A DNA stretch of 60,886 bases from Candidatus Limnocylindria bacterium. Lineage in GTDB: Bacteria > Chloroflexota > Limnocylindria > QHBO01. The notes beneath the pieces were generated by a model. The model saw nothing but the letters and a program-made list of their open reading frames with translations. It was not told the DNA's origin and ran no database searches. Each line of letters opens with the position of its first letter. Position 1 is the first letter of the stretch. The position numbers and the translations under genes were made by a program. The DNA lies in NCBI GenBank assembly GCA_036556985.1, contig DATBIK010000026.1, positions 1 to 60,886 of the forward strand, written 5' to 3'. Shown piece by piece: positions 51,464 through 60,565 of the stretch.

Positions 51464-52359
51464 GCTGCGGCCACGTCCGCGATCTCGGGCTGCTCCACGA
51501 CCTCGCCGCGGACCCGTGCCTCCGCGCCCTCGATGATCCGCCGCCGCAGCCAGCCGGACAGGGTGTCGACCAGGATCGTGGCGACCACGACCACGATCAC
51601 CGCCGTTCCGGCGAGCGAGTAGCGGTGGAAGGCGATCGTCTGCTGGAGCTGGAACCCGATGCCTCCCGCCCCGACCACGCCGAGGATGGCGGCAGCCCGG
51701 ATGTTGATCTCGAAGCGGTAGAGCCAGAACGCGATGATCTCGGGGAGCACCTGGGGCAGGACGCCCCAGCGCTGGACCTGGAGCGGACGCGCGCCCGTCG
51801 CCCGCGCGGCCTCGACCGGACCGGGGTCGATGCCCTCGACGACCTCGGCCGTCAGCTTTCCGAGGGTGCCGACCGAGTGGAGGCCGATGGCAAGCGCGCC
51901 GGCCACCGGCCCGAGCCCGGCGATGGGGATGAAGATGGCGATGGCGAGCACCACCTCGGGGAAGGCGCGGATCGCGTTGAGCACCTGGCGGATGAGGTTC
52001 GAGACGAGCCCGGAGGACACGTTCTTCGCCGCGAAGAAGCCGAGCGGCAGCGACAGGATCGCCCCGATCACGGTGCCCACCCAGGCGATCTCGAGCGACT
52101 GGATCATGCCGCCGGAGGTCGTGAGCTCGAAGGCCCCGTCCTCGACCGTGAAGCCGATGGCGTCGTCAAGGTAGGCCCAGTCCGGGCCTGGATCGAGGAA
52201 CATCTCGTAGAAGAGGCGCCCGAGACCGCCGGGCAGCTCCAGGATCTCCGCCGGGTCGATTCCAATCGTCAGTGCCGCCCAGGCGACGAGGAGCGCCGCC
52301 CCGAGGAGCGCCAGGTGGCGCTTCAGGCTTGAGGGACGCTCCGGCCGGGCGACGGTCAC
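51460..52359 (-). CDS. phnE: Phosphonate ABC transporter permease
   Basis: PhnE-like sequence (EIAWVGTVIGAILSLPLGFFAAKN...EAARATGA...). Confidence 0.8.
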   Translation of the reverse strand: MTVARPERPSSLKRHLALLGAALLVAWAALTIGIDPAEILELPGGLGRLFYEMFLDPGPDWAYLDDAIGFTVEDGAFELTTSGGMIQSLEIAWVGTVIGAILSLPLGFFAAKNVSSGLVSNLIRQVLNAIRAFPEVVLAIAIFIPIAGLGPVAGALAIGLHSVGTLGKLTAEVVEGIDPGPVEAARATGARPLQVQRWGVLPQVLPEIIAFWLYRFEINIRAAAILGVVGAGGIGFQLQQTIAFHRYSLAGTAVIVVVVATILVDTLSGWLRRRIIEGAEARVRGEVVEQPEIADVAAA

Positions 52360-53165
52360 ACGAGCCTCCGGCGGAGCCAGATGGAGATCGTCTCGATGAT
52401 GAACACGAACACGAACAGCTCGACCACGATGACGGAGACGTTGCTCCAGTTGAAGAAGCGGTACTGGAGGAAGATGAGGTTGCCGATGCCTCCGGCGCCG
52501 ACGATGCCGAGGACCGCCGAGGCGCGGATGTTCAGCTCGAAGGTGTAGAGCGAGTAGGCGACGTAGTTCGGCAGCACCTGGGGCAGGACCGACCAGCGCA
52601 CGGTCTGCATCCGGTTCGCACCACCGGCGCGCGCGGCCTCGATCGGCCCGGTGTCGACGCCGTCGACCGTCTCCGACAGGAGCTTGGCCACGACGCCGAT
52701 GTTGAACATGACGAGCGCCGCCACTCCGGCGAGCGGCCCGATGCTGACGGCGGCGACGAAGATGAGGGCGTAGAGGAAATCGGGGATGGCCCGTACGACG
52801 CTGAGCAGGCTGCGGTCGGCCAGGAAAACGGCGAGGTTCGGCGCCGTCACGCGTGAGGCCAGGAACGCGACCGGCAGCGCGACCGCGCAGCCGATGACCG
52901 ACGCCACGACCGCGATCTTGAACGTTTCGAGCATGGGGTCGACGGTGCGCGGCAGGAACTCCCAGTTCGGGTCCAGGAGCTCGCCGAAGATCCCGGCACC
53001 GCGGGTGATGCTGTCGGCCAGGGCCCCGATGTCGAGCCCGATGCCGAACGGCTCGAACAGCGCCGCCCAGGTGATGACGAGGAAGGCGACGATTCCGAGC
53101 GGGACGACCGGCGAGGGTCGCGGCTTCGCCGGGCGCGCGGTGGCCGTGCCGGCGGGAAGGCTCAT
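52356..53165 (-). CDS. phnE: Phosphonate ABC transporter permease (second copy)
   Basis: Paralogue of the gene at 51460-52359 (...EAARAGGANRMQTVRWSVLPQVLP...). Confidence 0.8.
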   Translation of the reverse strand: MSLPAGTATARPAKPRPSPVVPLGIVAFLVITWAALFEPFGIGLDIGALADSITRGAGIFGELLDPNWEFLPRTVDPMLETFKIAVVASVIGCAVALPVAFLASRVTAPNLAVFLADRSLLSVVRAIPDFLYALIFVAAVSIGPLAGVAALVMFNIGVVAKLLSETVDGVDTGPIEAARAGGANRMQTVRWSVLPQVLPNYVAYSLYTFELNIRASAVLGIVGAGGIGNLIFLQYRFFNWSNVSVIVVELFVFVFIIETISIWLRRRLV

Positions 53166-53947
53166 ATGGCGACCGCGGGAGCCGCCTCGCCCATGACGTC
53201 GTCGGCGGTCAGGGAGCGACCGTAGATGTCCCGGAACACGTGCTCGTCGGCCTGCGCGCCGGTTCCGTCGTAGACGAGCTCACCGGCCCGCAGCCCGATG
53301 ATCCGCTGACCGTAGACCTTGGCGAGGTCGAGGAAGTGGAGGTTCACGATGGTCGTGATGCCCAGATCGCGGTTGATGCGCTGCAGGTCGCGCATGATCA
53401 CGTGGCTGGTCGGGGGATCGAGGCTGGCGACCGGCTCGTCGGCGAGGAGGATGGTCGGCTCCTGGGCTAGTGCCCGCGCGATCCCGACGCGCTGCTGCTG
53501 TCCGCCGGACAGGTTGGCGGCGCGGACGTAGGCCTTCTCCACGATGCCCACCCGTTCGAGGGCGCGCATCGCGACCTCGACGTCGTCAGGCCGATACCAT
53601 CCGATCAGGGAGCGCAGCGTGCCGGTGCTGTGCAGCCGCCCCATGAGGACGTTGTTCAGCACGCTGGTGCGCTTCACGAGGTTGAAGGTCTGGAAGATCA
53701 TTCCGATCTTCGAGCGCAGCTGGCGCAGCTGGCGAGCGTTCGCGGTCCGCACGCTCACGTCGTCGATGGTGACGTCGCCGCTCGTGAGCGGGACGAGGCC
53801 GTTGATGGCGCGAATGAGCGTGGACTTGCCGGCGCCGGAGAGCCCGACGATGACCATCATCTGACCGTCGGGGATCTCGAGCGTCAGGTCCTTCAGGGCG
53901 TGGACGCCGCCGGGATAGGTGACCGAGGCATTCTCGAAGCGAATCAT
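53162..53947 (-). CDS. phnC: Phosphonate ABC transporter ATP-binding protein
   Basis: GLSGAGKSTLIRAINGL, LSGGQQQRVGIARAL and LLADEPVASLDP motifs. Confidence 0.85.
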   Translation of the reverse strand: MIRFENASVTYPGGVHALKDLTLEIPDGQMMVIVGLSGAGKSTLIRAINGLVPLTSGDVTIDDVSVRTANARQLRQLRSKIGMIFQTFNLVKRTSVLNNVLMGRLHSTGTLRSLIGWYRPDDVEVAMRALERVGIVEKAYVRAANLSGGQQQRVGIARALAQEPTILLADEPVASLDPPTSHVIMRDLQRINRDLGITTIVNLHFLDLAKVYGQRIIGLRAGELVYDGTGAQADEHVFRDIYGRSLTADDVMGEAAPAVAI

Positions 53948-54010
53948 CGGTTCAGGTGGTCCGGATACGAAGAGGGGCGAGCCCTGCGGCCCGCCCCTCC
54001 CCTGCGAGGA

Positions 54011-55051
54011 TCAGCCCTCGTAGCCGAGCTCGTCGACCGCCTGGCGCACGAGCTCCAGGCCCTCGATGTTCGGCTCGGTGAACGCGGTGATCTGGTAGAT
54101 CGACTCGAGGACGGCCGCGCCCTCCTCGGTGTCCGCGTACGCCATGAGCGCGTCCTTGATCTGCTGGACGAGGTCGTCCGGCAGATCGCCCGAGACGGCG
54201 ATGCCGTCGTTCGGGATCTCCGGCCCGTAGGCGAAGACGACGACGTTGTTCTCGAGGTCGCACTCAGTGGTGGCGATGGTCCGCGCGTCGTCGAATGACA
54301 CGCCGACCTCGGCATCGCCCTCGCACACGGCGATCACCGAACCGTCATGGCTGCCGGCAAAGATCGGGTTGATGTCCGTCTCCGGATTCATCCCCTGGGT
54401 CAGGAACACGGTCGCCGGGAAGATGTACCCCGACGAGGAGGTCTGCTCCACGAACGAGACGGTCGTGCCCGCCTCGACGTTGGCGAGCGCCTCGAGGCCG
54501 ATGGGGCCCTCCGGCGTGTCCTCGTTGGCGCGGGCCGTGCCATTGCAGTTGAGGAAGGTGACCTCTTCGTCACTGATGACGCGGGTGTTCTCCTCAGGCG
54601 CCGAGACGGTGCAGTACTTGTCCGGGTCGTTCGTGAAGAACTGGGTGTGGTACGTGCCGCTGCCGAAGCGCTCGGACTGCAGGATGATCTCGGCGCCGGC
54701 GCGGTCTACGGCCTGCAGCATGCCGTACGGTGGCAGCGCGCCGATGTGGGCCTGGCCGGTCTCCATGGCGGTCACCAGGCCGGTGTAGTCGTTGGACACG
54801 ATGCCGGTGACCGGGATGCCCAGCTCGGTGGTCAGGTAGTCGGCCAGCGGCTGGATGTCCTCCACCAGCTGGCCGGCCTCGCTGGACGGCACGAAGCCGA
54901 TCACGAGCTCATCGGGCACCGCGGCCTCGGACGGCGCCATGGACTCCGCCTGGGACGCCGCTTCGCTCTCCGCGGGCGATGCGCCGGTGCCGCATGCGGT
55001 GATCACAAGGGCCAGCACGGCCATCACGGCGAGTGGTCGGAAGTACGTCAT
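54011..55051 (-). CDS. phnD: Phosphate/phosphite/phosphonate ABC transporter substrate-binding lipoprotein
   Basis: Lipobox VITAC. LVIGFVPSSEAGQL...YTGLVTAMETGQAHIGALPP. Confidence 0.8.
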   Translation of the reverse strand: MTYFRPLAVMAVLALVITACGTGASPAESEAASQAESMAPSEAAVPDELVIGFVPSSEAGQLVEDIQPLADYLTTELGIPVTGIVSNDYTGLVTAMETGQAHIGALPPYGMLQAVDRAGAEIILQSERFGSGTYHTQFFTNDPDKYCTVSAPEENTRVISDEEVTFLNCNGTARANEDTPEGPIGLEALANVEAGTTVSFVEQTSSSGYIFPATVFLTQGMNPETDINPIFAGSHDGSVIAVCEGDAEVGVSFDDARTIATTECDLENNVVVFAYGPEIPNDGIAVSGDLPDDLVQQIKDALMAYADTEEGAAVLESIYQITAFTEPNIEGLELVRQAVDELGYEG

Positions 55052-55208
55052 CTAGCTCCTCCAAGGACCCGGCGTCCCCCCTTTGCGGCCGGGGTCGAAC
55101 CCTCACGGTCACCGACGCACGGCCGCTGCCGGCTTGGGCAGCGTCATGGGGAGCCGTGCGGACCGGTGCAGGCCCGCATGATAGCGGACCGATCCAGTAG
55201 CGGGACGT

Positions 55209-55284
55209 TGGCGCGCCGGACAGGATTCGAACCTGCGACCTTCGGCTCCGGAGGCCGACGCTCTATCCACTGAGCTACCGGCGC
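55209..55284 (-). tRNA. tRNA-Arg (anticodon CCG)
   Basis: The minus strand folds by eye as a cloverleaf: GCGCCGG-TA-GCTC-AGTGGATA-GAGC-G-TCGGC-CTCCGGA-GCCGA-AGGTC-GCAGG-TTCGAAT-CCTGT-CCGGCGC-G-CCA. The CCA end is encoded. Confidence 0.9.
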
Positions 55285-55298
55285 GCGGGAGCGCCAGT

Positions 55299-55934
55299 CT
55301 AGCGCGCGGCGCCTCGCAGCGCTCCCGTGAGCTCGTCGTTGGCCGGGTCGAACACGGCGCACTGCACCGAATGGTCGCCCGCATCCCAGCCCTCACGTGT
55401 GGGCTGGAACCAGAAGACGTCCAAAGCGGATTCGCTGTACGAACGACCGATGTATTCAGCGAACGCGGGAAGGCAGTTCTCGTCGAGCCAGGTGACGAAG
55501 GCCGCGTCCGCCGGATAGGTCGCCGAGGCCACGGTCCCGATGTGCATCAGCTCGAACTCGTGCGGTTCGGTACACGGGCGGGCCGTGATCTCGTCGACCG
55601 CCTCGTCCTCGTCGAGCTCACCCTTCAGATCGAAACAGTCGCCCACGCGAAGGTCCGAGATGGCGAGATTGCCGGATCGGCTGATGCTGCCGTCGTCATC
55701 GCGCTGGGCATTGAAGATCAGCCCGCCGACCGAGACGGCGACCACGAGGATCACCCACCAGAATCGGCCAAGGCGCTGGATCCAGCGGCCTCCCGGGGAG
55801 GTCTCTTCGGCGGCCACGGGGAAGGGCCCGTCCTCGGCCGCCGGCTGCTCTCCGCGGGGCAGCCCGCAGGACTGGCAGGCGGCGAAGGCCTCCTCGTTCG
55901 ACGCGAAGCAGCGCAGGCAGACCCATCGGGCCAT
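55299..55934 (-). CDS. Zinc-ribbon + TM + septum-formation-family domain protein
   Basis: N-terminal WVCLRCFASNEEAFAACQSCG, one TM helix, then VGDCF...RPCTEPHEFEL typical of the Septum_form domain. ATG 55934 has a GGAGGG SD. Confidence 0.65.
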   Translation of the reverse strand: MARWVCLRCFASNEEAFAACQSCGLPRGEQPAAEDGPFPVAAEETSPGGRWIQRLGRFWWVILVVAVSVGGLIFNAQRDDDGSISRSGNLAISDLRVGDCFDLKGELDEDEAVDEITARPCTEPHEFELMHIGTVASATYPADAAFVTWLDENCLPAFAEYIGRSYSESALDVFWFQPTREGWDAGDHSVQCAVFDPANDELTGALRGAAR

Positions 55935-56038
55935 GGGCGATTCCCTCCGTGGCACCCCAAGCGGGCGTGCCGAAGGCTAGGCGCGGCTGTGCTCGGCGGA
56001 AACGGGACTTTCGGTTGAGGCCGATCGGCGAGCAGGCG

Positions 56039-56055
56039 CTGGCACGCCTAGTGCA
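56039..56055 (+). promoter_or_regulatory. Sigma-54-type -24/-12 promoter (P2)
   Basis: CTGGCACGCCTAGTGCA matches 15 of the 17 consensus positions. It lies 47 nt upstream of ATG 56103. Confidence 0.6.
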
Positions 56056-56102
56056 TTTCCTCGTGTCGGGGAACAACACGACCCGCATACAGGAGGAATG
56101 CC

Positions 56103-56177
56103 ATGTACTGGGGTGGAGGGATCATTGGACTGATCCTGCTGATCCTGCTGATCCTGCTGCTCACGGGGAACCTGTAA
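56103..56177 (+). CDS. Micro-ORF, 24-aa hydrophobic peptide MYWGGGIIGLILLILLILLLTGNL
   Basis: Not in the ORF track. AGGAGGAAT lies 4 nt upstream. Paralogue of 16012-16083. Contains 3 x 9-bp CTGATCCTG. Confidence 0.55.
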   Translation: MYWGGGIIGLILLILLILLLTGNL

Positions 56178-56202
56178 GCAGCCGAGACGCACAAAGCACG
56201 GC

Positions 56203-56351
56203 ATAGAAGAAGGCCCCTCCGAAGAGGGGCCTTCTCGTTGCTGCCGGATTCGCTAACCACAGGGGCATCTTTCACGCGCGGTTTCCCGCACTACCCTAAC
56301 CCAAACCTACCCATGGCCCTGCGATCAGTGGTGAATCGCTGTGCGAACAGC
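56203..56351 (-). ncRNA. Candidate sRNA of about 150 nt, unassigned family
   Basis: The minus strand has TTGACC (56387-56382), an 18-bp spacer and TATCAT (56363-56358). The transcript would end at the 56234-56209 hairpin. It holds an internal hairpin CGCTGT-tcgc-ACAGCG and the G-tract run GGGTAGGTTTGGGTTAGGGTAGTGCGGG. There is no convincing ORF, and local GC is below background. Confidence 0.3.
56209..56234. terminator. Bidirectional hairpin terminator
   Basis: GAAGGCCCCTC-cgaa-GAGGGGCCTTC, an 11-bp perfect stem. On the minus strand it is followed by TTCTATG. Confidence 0.65.
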
Positions 56352-56434
56352 GAACACATGATAGGGCTCGCCCCCTTCAGGGGTCAACGGTCTGGGACTA
56401 AGAATCCTTTACATTTCAGAGCGGTACGGACGGG

Positions 56435-57133
56435 CTACTCGGGGCTCTCCAGCGGTCCGGCCTCGATCCGGACAGCCTCGATCACGACCGGGTCGAGGGG
56501 CACGCCGCGGACGCCATTGGTGGGGACCTGCGCAATGGCATCCACGACGTCGGTCCCACTGGTTACGCGACCGAGCACGCTGTAGTACGGCCGCAGGCTC
56601 GGCACGTCGTCGAGCATGACGAAGAACTGGCTCCCGTTGCTGTCGGTGGGGCCCGTGATCTCGCCGGTCGCCTGGTCGTACTGGATCGCGTTCGCCATCG
56701 CCACCATGTAGCGCTCGTAGGACGTGCCCTCCGGCGGGAACTCGACCTCGAACCGATACCCCGGCGACCCCGACCCGAGGCCCTGGAAGTCGTCGTGGTT
56801 GTCGCGGGTCTGCGGGTCGCCGGCCTGGGCCACGAAGCCGGGGATCACCCGGTGGAAGGTGACGCCGTCGTAGAAGCCGCAGCGTGCCAGTCCCACGAAG
56901 TTCGCCACCGCGATCGGCGCGCCATCCGGCTCCAGCTCCATCGTGAGCTCGCCCTTGTTGGTGACGATCACCGCCCGCTCCGCGCCGTCGACGATCGAGG
57001 CCGCCGCGTCCGCCGTCGGCGCCGCGGTCGGACAGGCCGGGCGCGGCGTGGGGGTGGCGCCGATCCCGCAGCCTGCGAGCAGCAGGGCCGCGGCCAGGGC
57101 AACGAAGGCGGGGCGACGGCGGGTGGGGCTCAT
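56435..57133 (-). CDS. Cyclophilin-type peptidyl-prolyl isomerase lipoprotein
   Basis: Lipobox LLLAGC. FYDGVTFHRVIPGFVAQAGDP...SNGSQFFV. The ATG overlaps the upstream stop (ATGA). Confidence 0.85.
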   Translation of the reverse strand: MSPTRRRPAFVALAAALLLAGCGIGATPTPRPACPTAAPTADAAASIVDGAERAVIVTNKGELTMELEPDGAPIAVANFVGLARCGFYDGVTFHRVIPGFVAQAGDPQTRDNHDDFQGLGSGSPGYRFEVEFPPEGTSYERYMVAMANAIQYDQATGEITGPTDSNGSQFFVMLDDVPSLRPYYSVLGRVTSGTDVVDAIAQVPTNGVRGVPLDPVVIEAVRIEAGPLESPE

Positions 57134-58779
57134 CGGTCCAGGCTGCCGATCTTCGGCTCGAACAGGCGGTGGGCGAAGGAAACGGGCATCGTGCCTCCGT
57201 AGATCAGGGTGTCGTGGAAGAACTTCGGGGAGAAGGCGGGACCCATCGCGCGCTCCACCCGAGCGCGCAGCCCCTCGATCATGTGGCGCCCGTACAGGTA
57301 CGAGAGCTGGTACGTGGGCGTGCTGGTGTAGCGCTTCACCTCGGACACGGCGGCCGCCTCCTCGAAACCGGTCTGCTGATGGAGGTAGGCGATCGCCTCC
57401 TCGAACCCGATCTCCCCGCGATGCAGACGGATGTCGAGGATGATCCGCACCGCGCGCCACAGCGCGTCCGTGTGCTGGATGTACCGATGGGCCGGTGTCG
57501 CGTCGAAGCCCGCGTCCTTCATCACGCGCTCACAGTAGAAGGCCCAGCCCTCGACGAACTCGGCGGCCGACAGCGACAGGCCGCGGACGAGGCTCGGATT
57601 GGTGATCGCCGCCGACAGCTGGACGTGGTGGCCGGGGTACGCTTCATGGACGCTGGTGTTGCTGATCGACGCGTAGTTGTGCTCGCGCCACATCGCCGGG
57701 TCCGCAGGCGGCGTGACGATGTAGGTGCCGACCGGGTCGGGGTCGAAGCGCGGTGGGTCGTGGTAGGCCGCGAACGGGGTGAGCGGACGGTCGTACGGCG
57801 GCGTCTCCATGACGCGCAGCGATTCGTCGGGCGGCAGCGTGACGATGTCGTGCTCGACGACGAAGTCGCGGGCGCGTGCCATTGCGGCCCGGTAGGCCTC
57901 CAGCGCCTCCGGGAACGTGGACGGATGGTCGCCCTTCACGACGTCGGCGACCTCCTCCGGTCCCAGGGTCGGGTCGATCTCGGCGGCCACCCCGTCGCGG
58001 GCCGCGCGCTCCGCCGCGAGCATCTCCTCGCCTACCGCCAGGATCTCGTCGCCATCGGCGTCCAGGGCGCGCAGACGGATGAGCTCCTCGAGCTGCTCCG
58101 GACCGGTGCGCCACGTGCCGTCCGCGGCGGGAAGAACCTCGTCGCGCAGCCAGGCCGCGTGGTCGGCGAGCGCGGCGCGGGCCCGGTCCGTGGCCCGTTC
58201 CAGGCGATCCAGGGCCGGCTCCGGGAGCCGTTCCGCGCGGGCCGCGGCCAGGATCGCGTCGAGGAAGTCGTGCAGGCTCGCGGTGCTCTCGAGGTCGATC
58301 TCGACCCACAGCCGCACCGGACGCTCGACCTGCCCGCGCGTGGCGAGCAGGTAGCGCGGCGCGTCCTCGAGCCGCGCCGCGATCGAGTCCATGCGCTCGG
58401 GCAGCGGGGCGAAGTCGCGGGTGTAGAGCGGGAAGAGGGCGTTCCCGATGTGCTCGGCCGCGCGGGTGGCCCCCGCCCAGGTGCGACGCTCGGCGAGCTG
58501 GAAGGCCGCGAGCCGCGACTCGTGGATGACGAGGTCGCGGTCGAGCGCGCGGTCCGCGGAGAGCTCGGATGCGTCGAATCGCTCCATCTCCGCGAGACTG
58601 GACCGATGGAAGGCGAGCTCAGCCTCCACGTTGGCACGCCCGCCTTCCGAGAGCCGGTGGTCATGCTCATGGATGCCGACGAAGGTGGCCGTCTCAGGGT
58701 CGAGCGCCAGGAGGTCGCGGAACCATCGGCTCATGGTCCGATCGAATCGCGCGTCGGCGTCCGAGGCGGGCTGGTGCAT
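57130..58779 (-). CDS. DUF885-family protein (metallopeptidase-like HExxH-related motif)
   Basis: The length and the ...SVHEAYPGHHVQ... motif are typical of DUF885. Confidence 0.7.
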   Translation of the reverse strand: MHQPASDADARFDRTMSRWFRDLLALDPETATFVGIHEHDHRLSEGGRANVEAELAFHRSSLAEMERFDASELSADRALDRDLVIHESRLAAFQLAERRTWAGATRAAEHIGNALFPLYTRDFAPLPERMDSIAARLEDAPRYLLATRGQVERPVRLWVEIDLESTASLHDFLDAILAAARAERLPEPALDRLERATDRARAALADHAAWLRDEVLPAADGTWRTGPEQLEELIRLRALDADGDEILAVGEEMLAAERAARDGVAAEIDPTLGPEEVADVVKGDHPSTFPEALEAYRAAMARARDFVVEHDIVTLPPDESLRVMETPPYDRPLTPFAAYHDPPRFDPDPVGTYIVTPPADPAMWREHNYASISNTSVHEAYPGHHVQLSAAITNPSLVRGLSLSAAEFVEGWAFYCERVMKDAGFDATPAHRYIQHTDALWRAVRIILDIRLHRGEIGFEEAIAYLHQQTGFEEAAAVSEVKRYTSTPTYQLSYLYGRHMIEGLRARVERAMGPAFSPKFFHDTLIYGGTMPVSFAHRLFEPKIGSLDR

Positions 58780-58881
58780 CGGTCTGTTCGAGGGCTCCTG
58801 CGGTCGGCGGGCGAACGGCCGCTTGGGCGTCGCGGCTGCGGCGACGCGGATGGGTTCGGCAGGGCGGGGACGGACGGCGGG

Positions 58882-59943
58882 CTAGCCGCCCAGCGCGTCC
58901 GCGAAGAAGCCTAGCACCCAGTCGCGGTAGTCGTCCGGGCAGCGCTCCAGGCTCGCGGCGTGGCCCGCCTCCGCGCAGACCTGCAGGGTGACATCGGCGC
59001 CGCCTGCTCGTGCGGCCGCGAGCAGGTCCCGAGCGTCGGTGCTGCCGACGGTGTCGTCCATCCCGCCCGCGATGAGGAGGAGCGGCCGCGCGCCATAGTC
59101 CTCGATGGCCTCGACCGGGTCTGCCGCGCTCATGTCCTCGCCGCTGCGGATGAGCCCGCCGAGCAGGATGGCCCAGGCGCCCGGCAGCGAGAGCGGGTAG
59201 CCCTGCCGGTCGAGCCGGGCTCCCAGCGCGTTCGCCAGCGTGGCGTGCGTCGACTCGACGACGAGCGCATCCACCCGGATGTCGGTGCGGGCATCCATGA
59301 GCGAGGCGGCGCCGCCCATCGAGACGCCGAGCACGCCGATGGACGCGGGCGCCTTGTTCGCTTCCAGCCAGCCGATCACGGCGGACAGGTCCAGGCGCTC
59401 GCGGAGGCCGATGGTGGTCATCGCCTCCTCGCTCTGCCCGTGGTTGCGGAAGTCGAAGAGGACGAGGTTGTAGTCGTCGTGGAGCACCTCGGCGCGCGAG
59501 AGGACGGCGCTCTTGTTCACGCCGTGGCCGTGGGCGATGACGATGGTCGGCGCCTCGGGGCCGGCGTCCGGGGCGGGGATGTACCAGCCGGCCAGCGAGA
59601 CGCCATCCACCCCGACGAGCTCGTCGCCGGCGAGCACCGGCTCGACGTCGCAGTCAGCTGCGTCCGGCACGGACGCCAGCCGCTCGTCGCTGGCGATGTC
59701 GTAGCCGATGGCCTCGTACGCCCAATCCAGGTCGGCGGGGGTCCGGCACTCCCGGCTGCGGACCGGGTCGACCGCCTGCGCCGATCCCACGAAGCCGACA
59801 TACCCGAGGTAGGCGACGAGCGCCACGAGCAGGGCCACGATGCCGAACGTCGCCCAACGCACGATGGCGCCGCGACGATCCATGCGCCGGTCCGGTGGCG
59901 GCTCGTACGGCACGGGCGGAGTATACGGTCGCGTCTGCGACAT
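58882..59943 (-). CDS. Membrane-anchored alpha/beta hydrolase
   Basis: TM anchor, then HGHG..., the nucleophile elbow GVSMGG, and the ...AGHA region. ATG 59943 was chosen from the protein-like part of track ORF 58882..60873. Confidence 0.75.
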   Translation of the reverse strand: MSQTRPYTPPVPYEPPPDRRMDRRGAIVRWATFGIVALLVALVAYLGYVGFVGSAQAVDPVRSRECRTPADLDWAYEAIGYDIASDERLASVPDAADCDVEPVLAGDELVGVDGVSLAGWYIPAPDAGPEAPTIVIAHGHGVNKSAVLSRAEVLHDDYNLVLFDFRNHGQSEEAMTTIGLRERLDLSAVIGWLEANKAPASIGVLGVSMGGAASLMDARTDIRVDALVVESTHATLANALGARLDRQGYPLSLPGAWAILLGGLIRSGEDMSAADPVEAIEDYGARPLLLIAGGMDDTVGSTDARDLLAAARAGGADVTLQVCAEAGHAASLERCPDDYRDWVLGFFADALGG

Positions 59944-60030
59944 CGGTCCCCTACAATCGGTGGCCGTCCGCCGGTGCGGGCCGGCGTTCCCGCACGCATC
60001 CGTCACGCACGAGGAGGCAGCCGCGCCAGC

Positions 60031-60543
60031 GTGGTCACGAAGAAGGTCGGAAAGCCCGCCAGCCGGGTGCGCGCCCGCGACGCGGCGCCGCCCCGGGTCG
60101 CGCGTGGTCGCTCCCACTCGCTGGCGCCCCCGCACCTCGGCGAGGCGGCCAGCGCCGCCGTCCTGGCGGTGGCCGTGCTCGGCCTCGCCGTCTTCATCGC
60201 CGGCGTGGCGATGGCCGTCGCTGGCATGACCATCGCCAACCGCTTCGGCGACACCCCGCCGCCGAACGTCGCCGATCTCGGGATCGGCCAGGTGCTGGGC
60301 GGCATCGGCCTGGCGGCGCTCGGCGTGGTCCTCTCCGGCTCGTCCCTTGCCGTCCTCGCGGACGTCGCGCGCAGCCGCCCGGTGGCTGCCGCCGCCTCGG
60401 GTCTGACGGCGATCCTGGCCGCCGTCGGCGTGGTGCTCGTGCAGCTCCAGCCGGGCGGCGACCTCGTGCTGAGCCTCGCGCTGGCGGTGGCCGCGCTGAT
60501 CTTCGCCTCCGCGGCGATCATCCTCGTCCGGCCGCGCGGCTGA
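60031..60543 (+). CDS. Membrane protein, unknown function
   Basis: C-terminal part of track ORF 58960..60543 has four TM helices (AAVLAVAVLGLAVFIAGVAMAVAG...). The GTG 60031 start is uncertain. Confidence 0.4.
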   Translation: MVTKKVGKPASRVRARDAAPPRVARGRSHSLAPPHLGEAASAAVLAVAVLGLAVFIAGVAMAVAGMTIANRFGDTPPPNVADLGIGQVLGGIGLAALGVVLSGSSLAVLADVARSRPVAAAASGLTAILAAVGVVLVQLQPGGDLVLSLALAVAALIFASAAIILVRPRG

Positions 60544-60565
60544 CCCCGGCGGCGGGTATCGGGCC

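Noticed and set aside
55052-55208. PhoP/PHO-box-like direct repeats (GGTCGAACC / GGTCACCGA) and a structured leader upstream of phnD
   Set aside because: The match to GTTCACC-type repeats is weak and the phasing is unclear. Only the TATCAT -10-like hexamer is reasonably visible.
55209-55298. tRNA-Arg as an integration site for a genomic island
   Set aside because: No integrase, no direct repeat of the tRNA 3' end and no GC shift was seen on either side.
56238-56585. 115-aa plus-strand ORF in the spacer and antisense to the PPIase gene
   Set aside because: It has no SD and an unprotein-like composition. It also overlaps the well-supported cyclophilin gene.
58960-60030. N-terminal 357 codons of track ORF 58960..60543 (+)
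   Set aside because: This part is antisense to the alpha/beta hydrolase gene and is Arg/Gly/Asp-rich. Only the C-terminal TM-rich part (from GTG 60031) looks coding.
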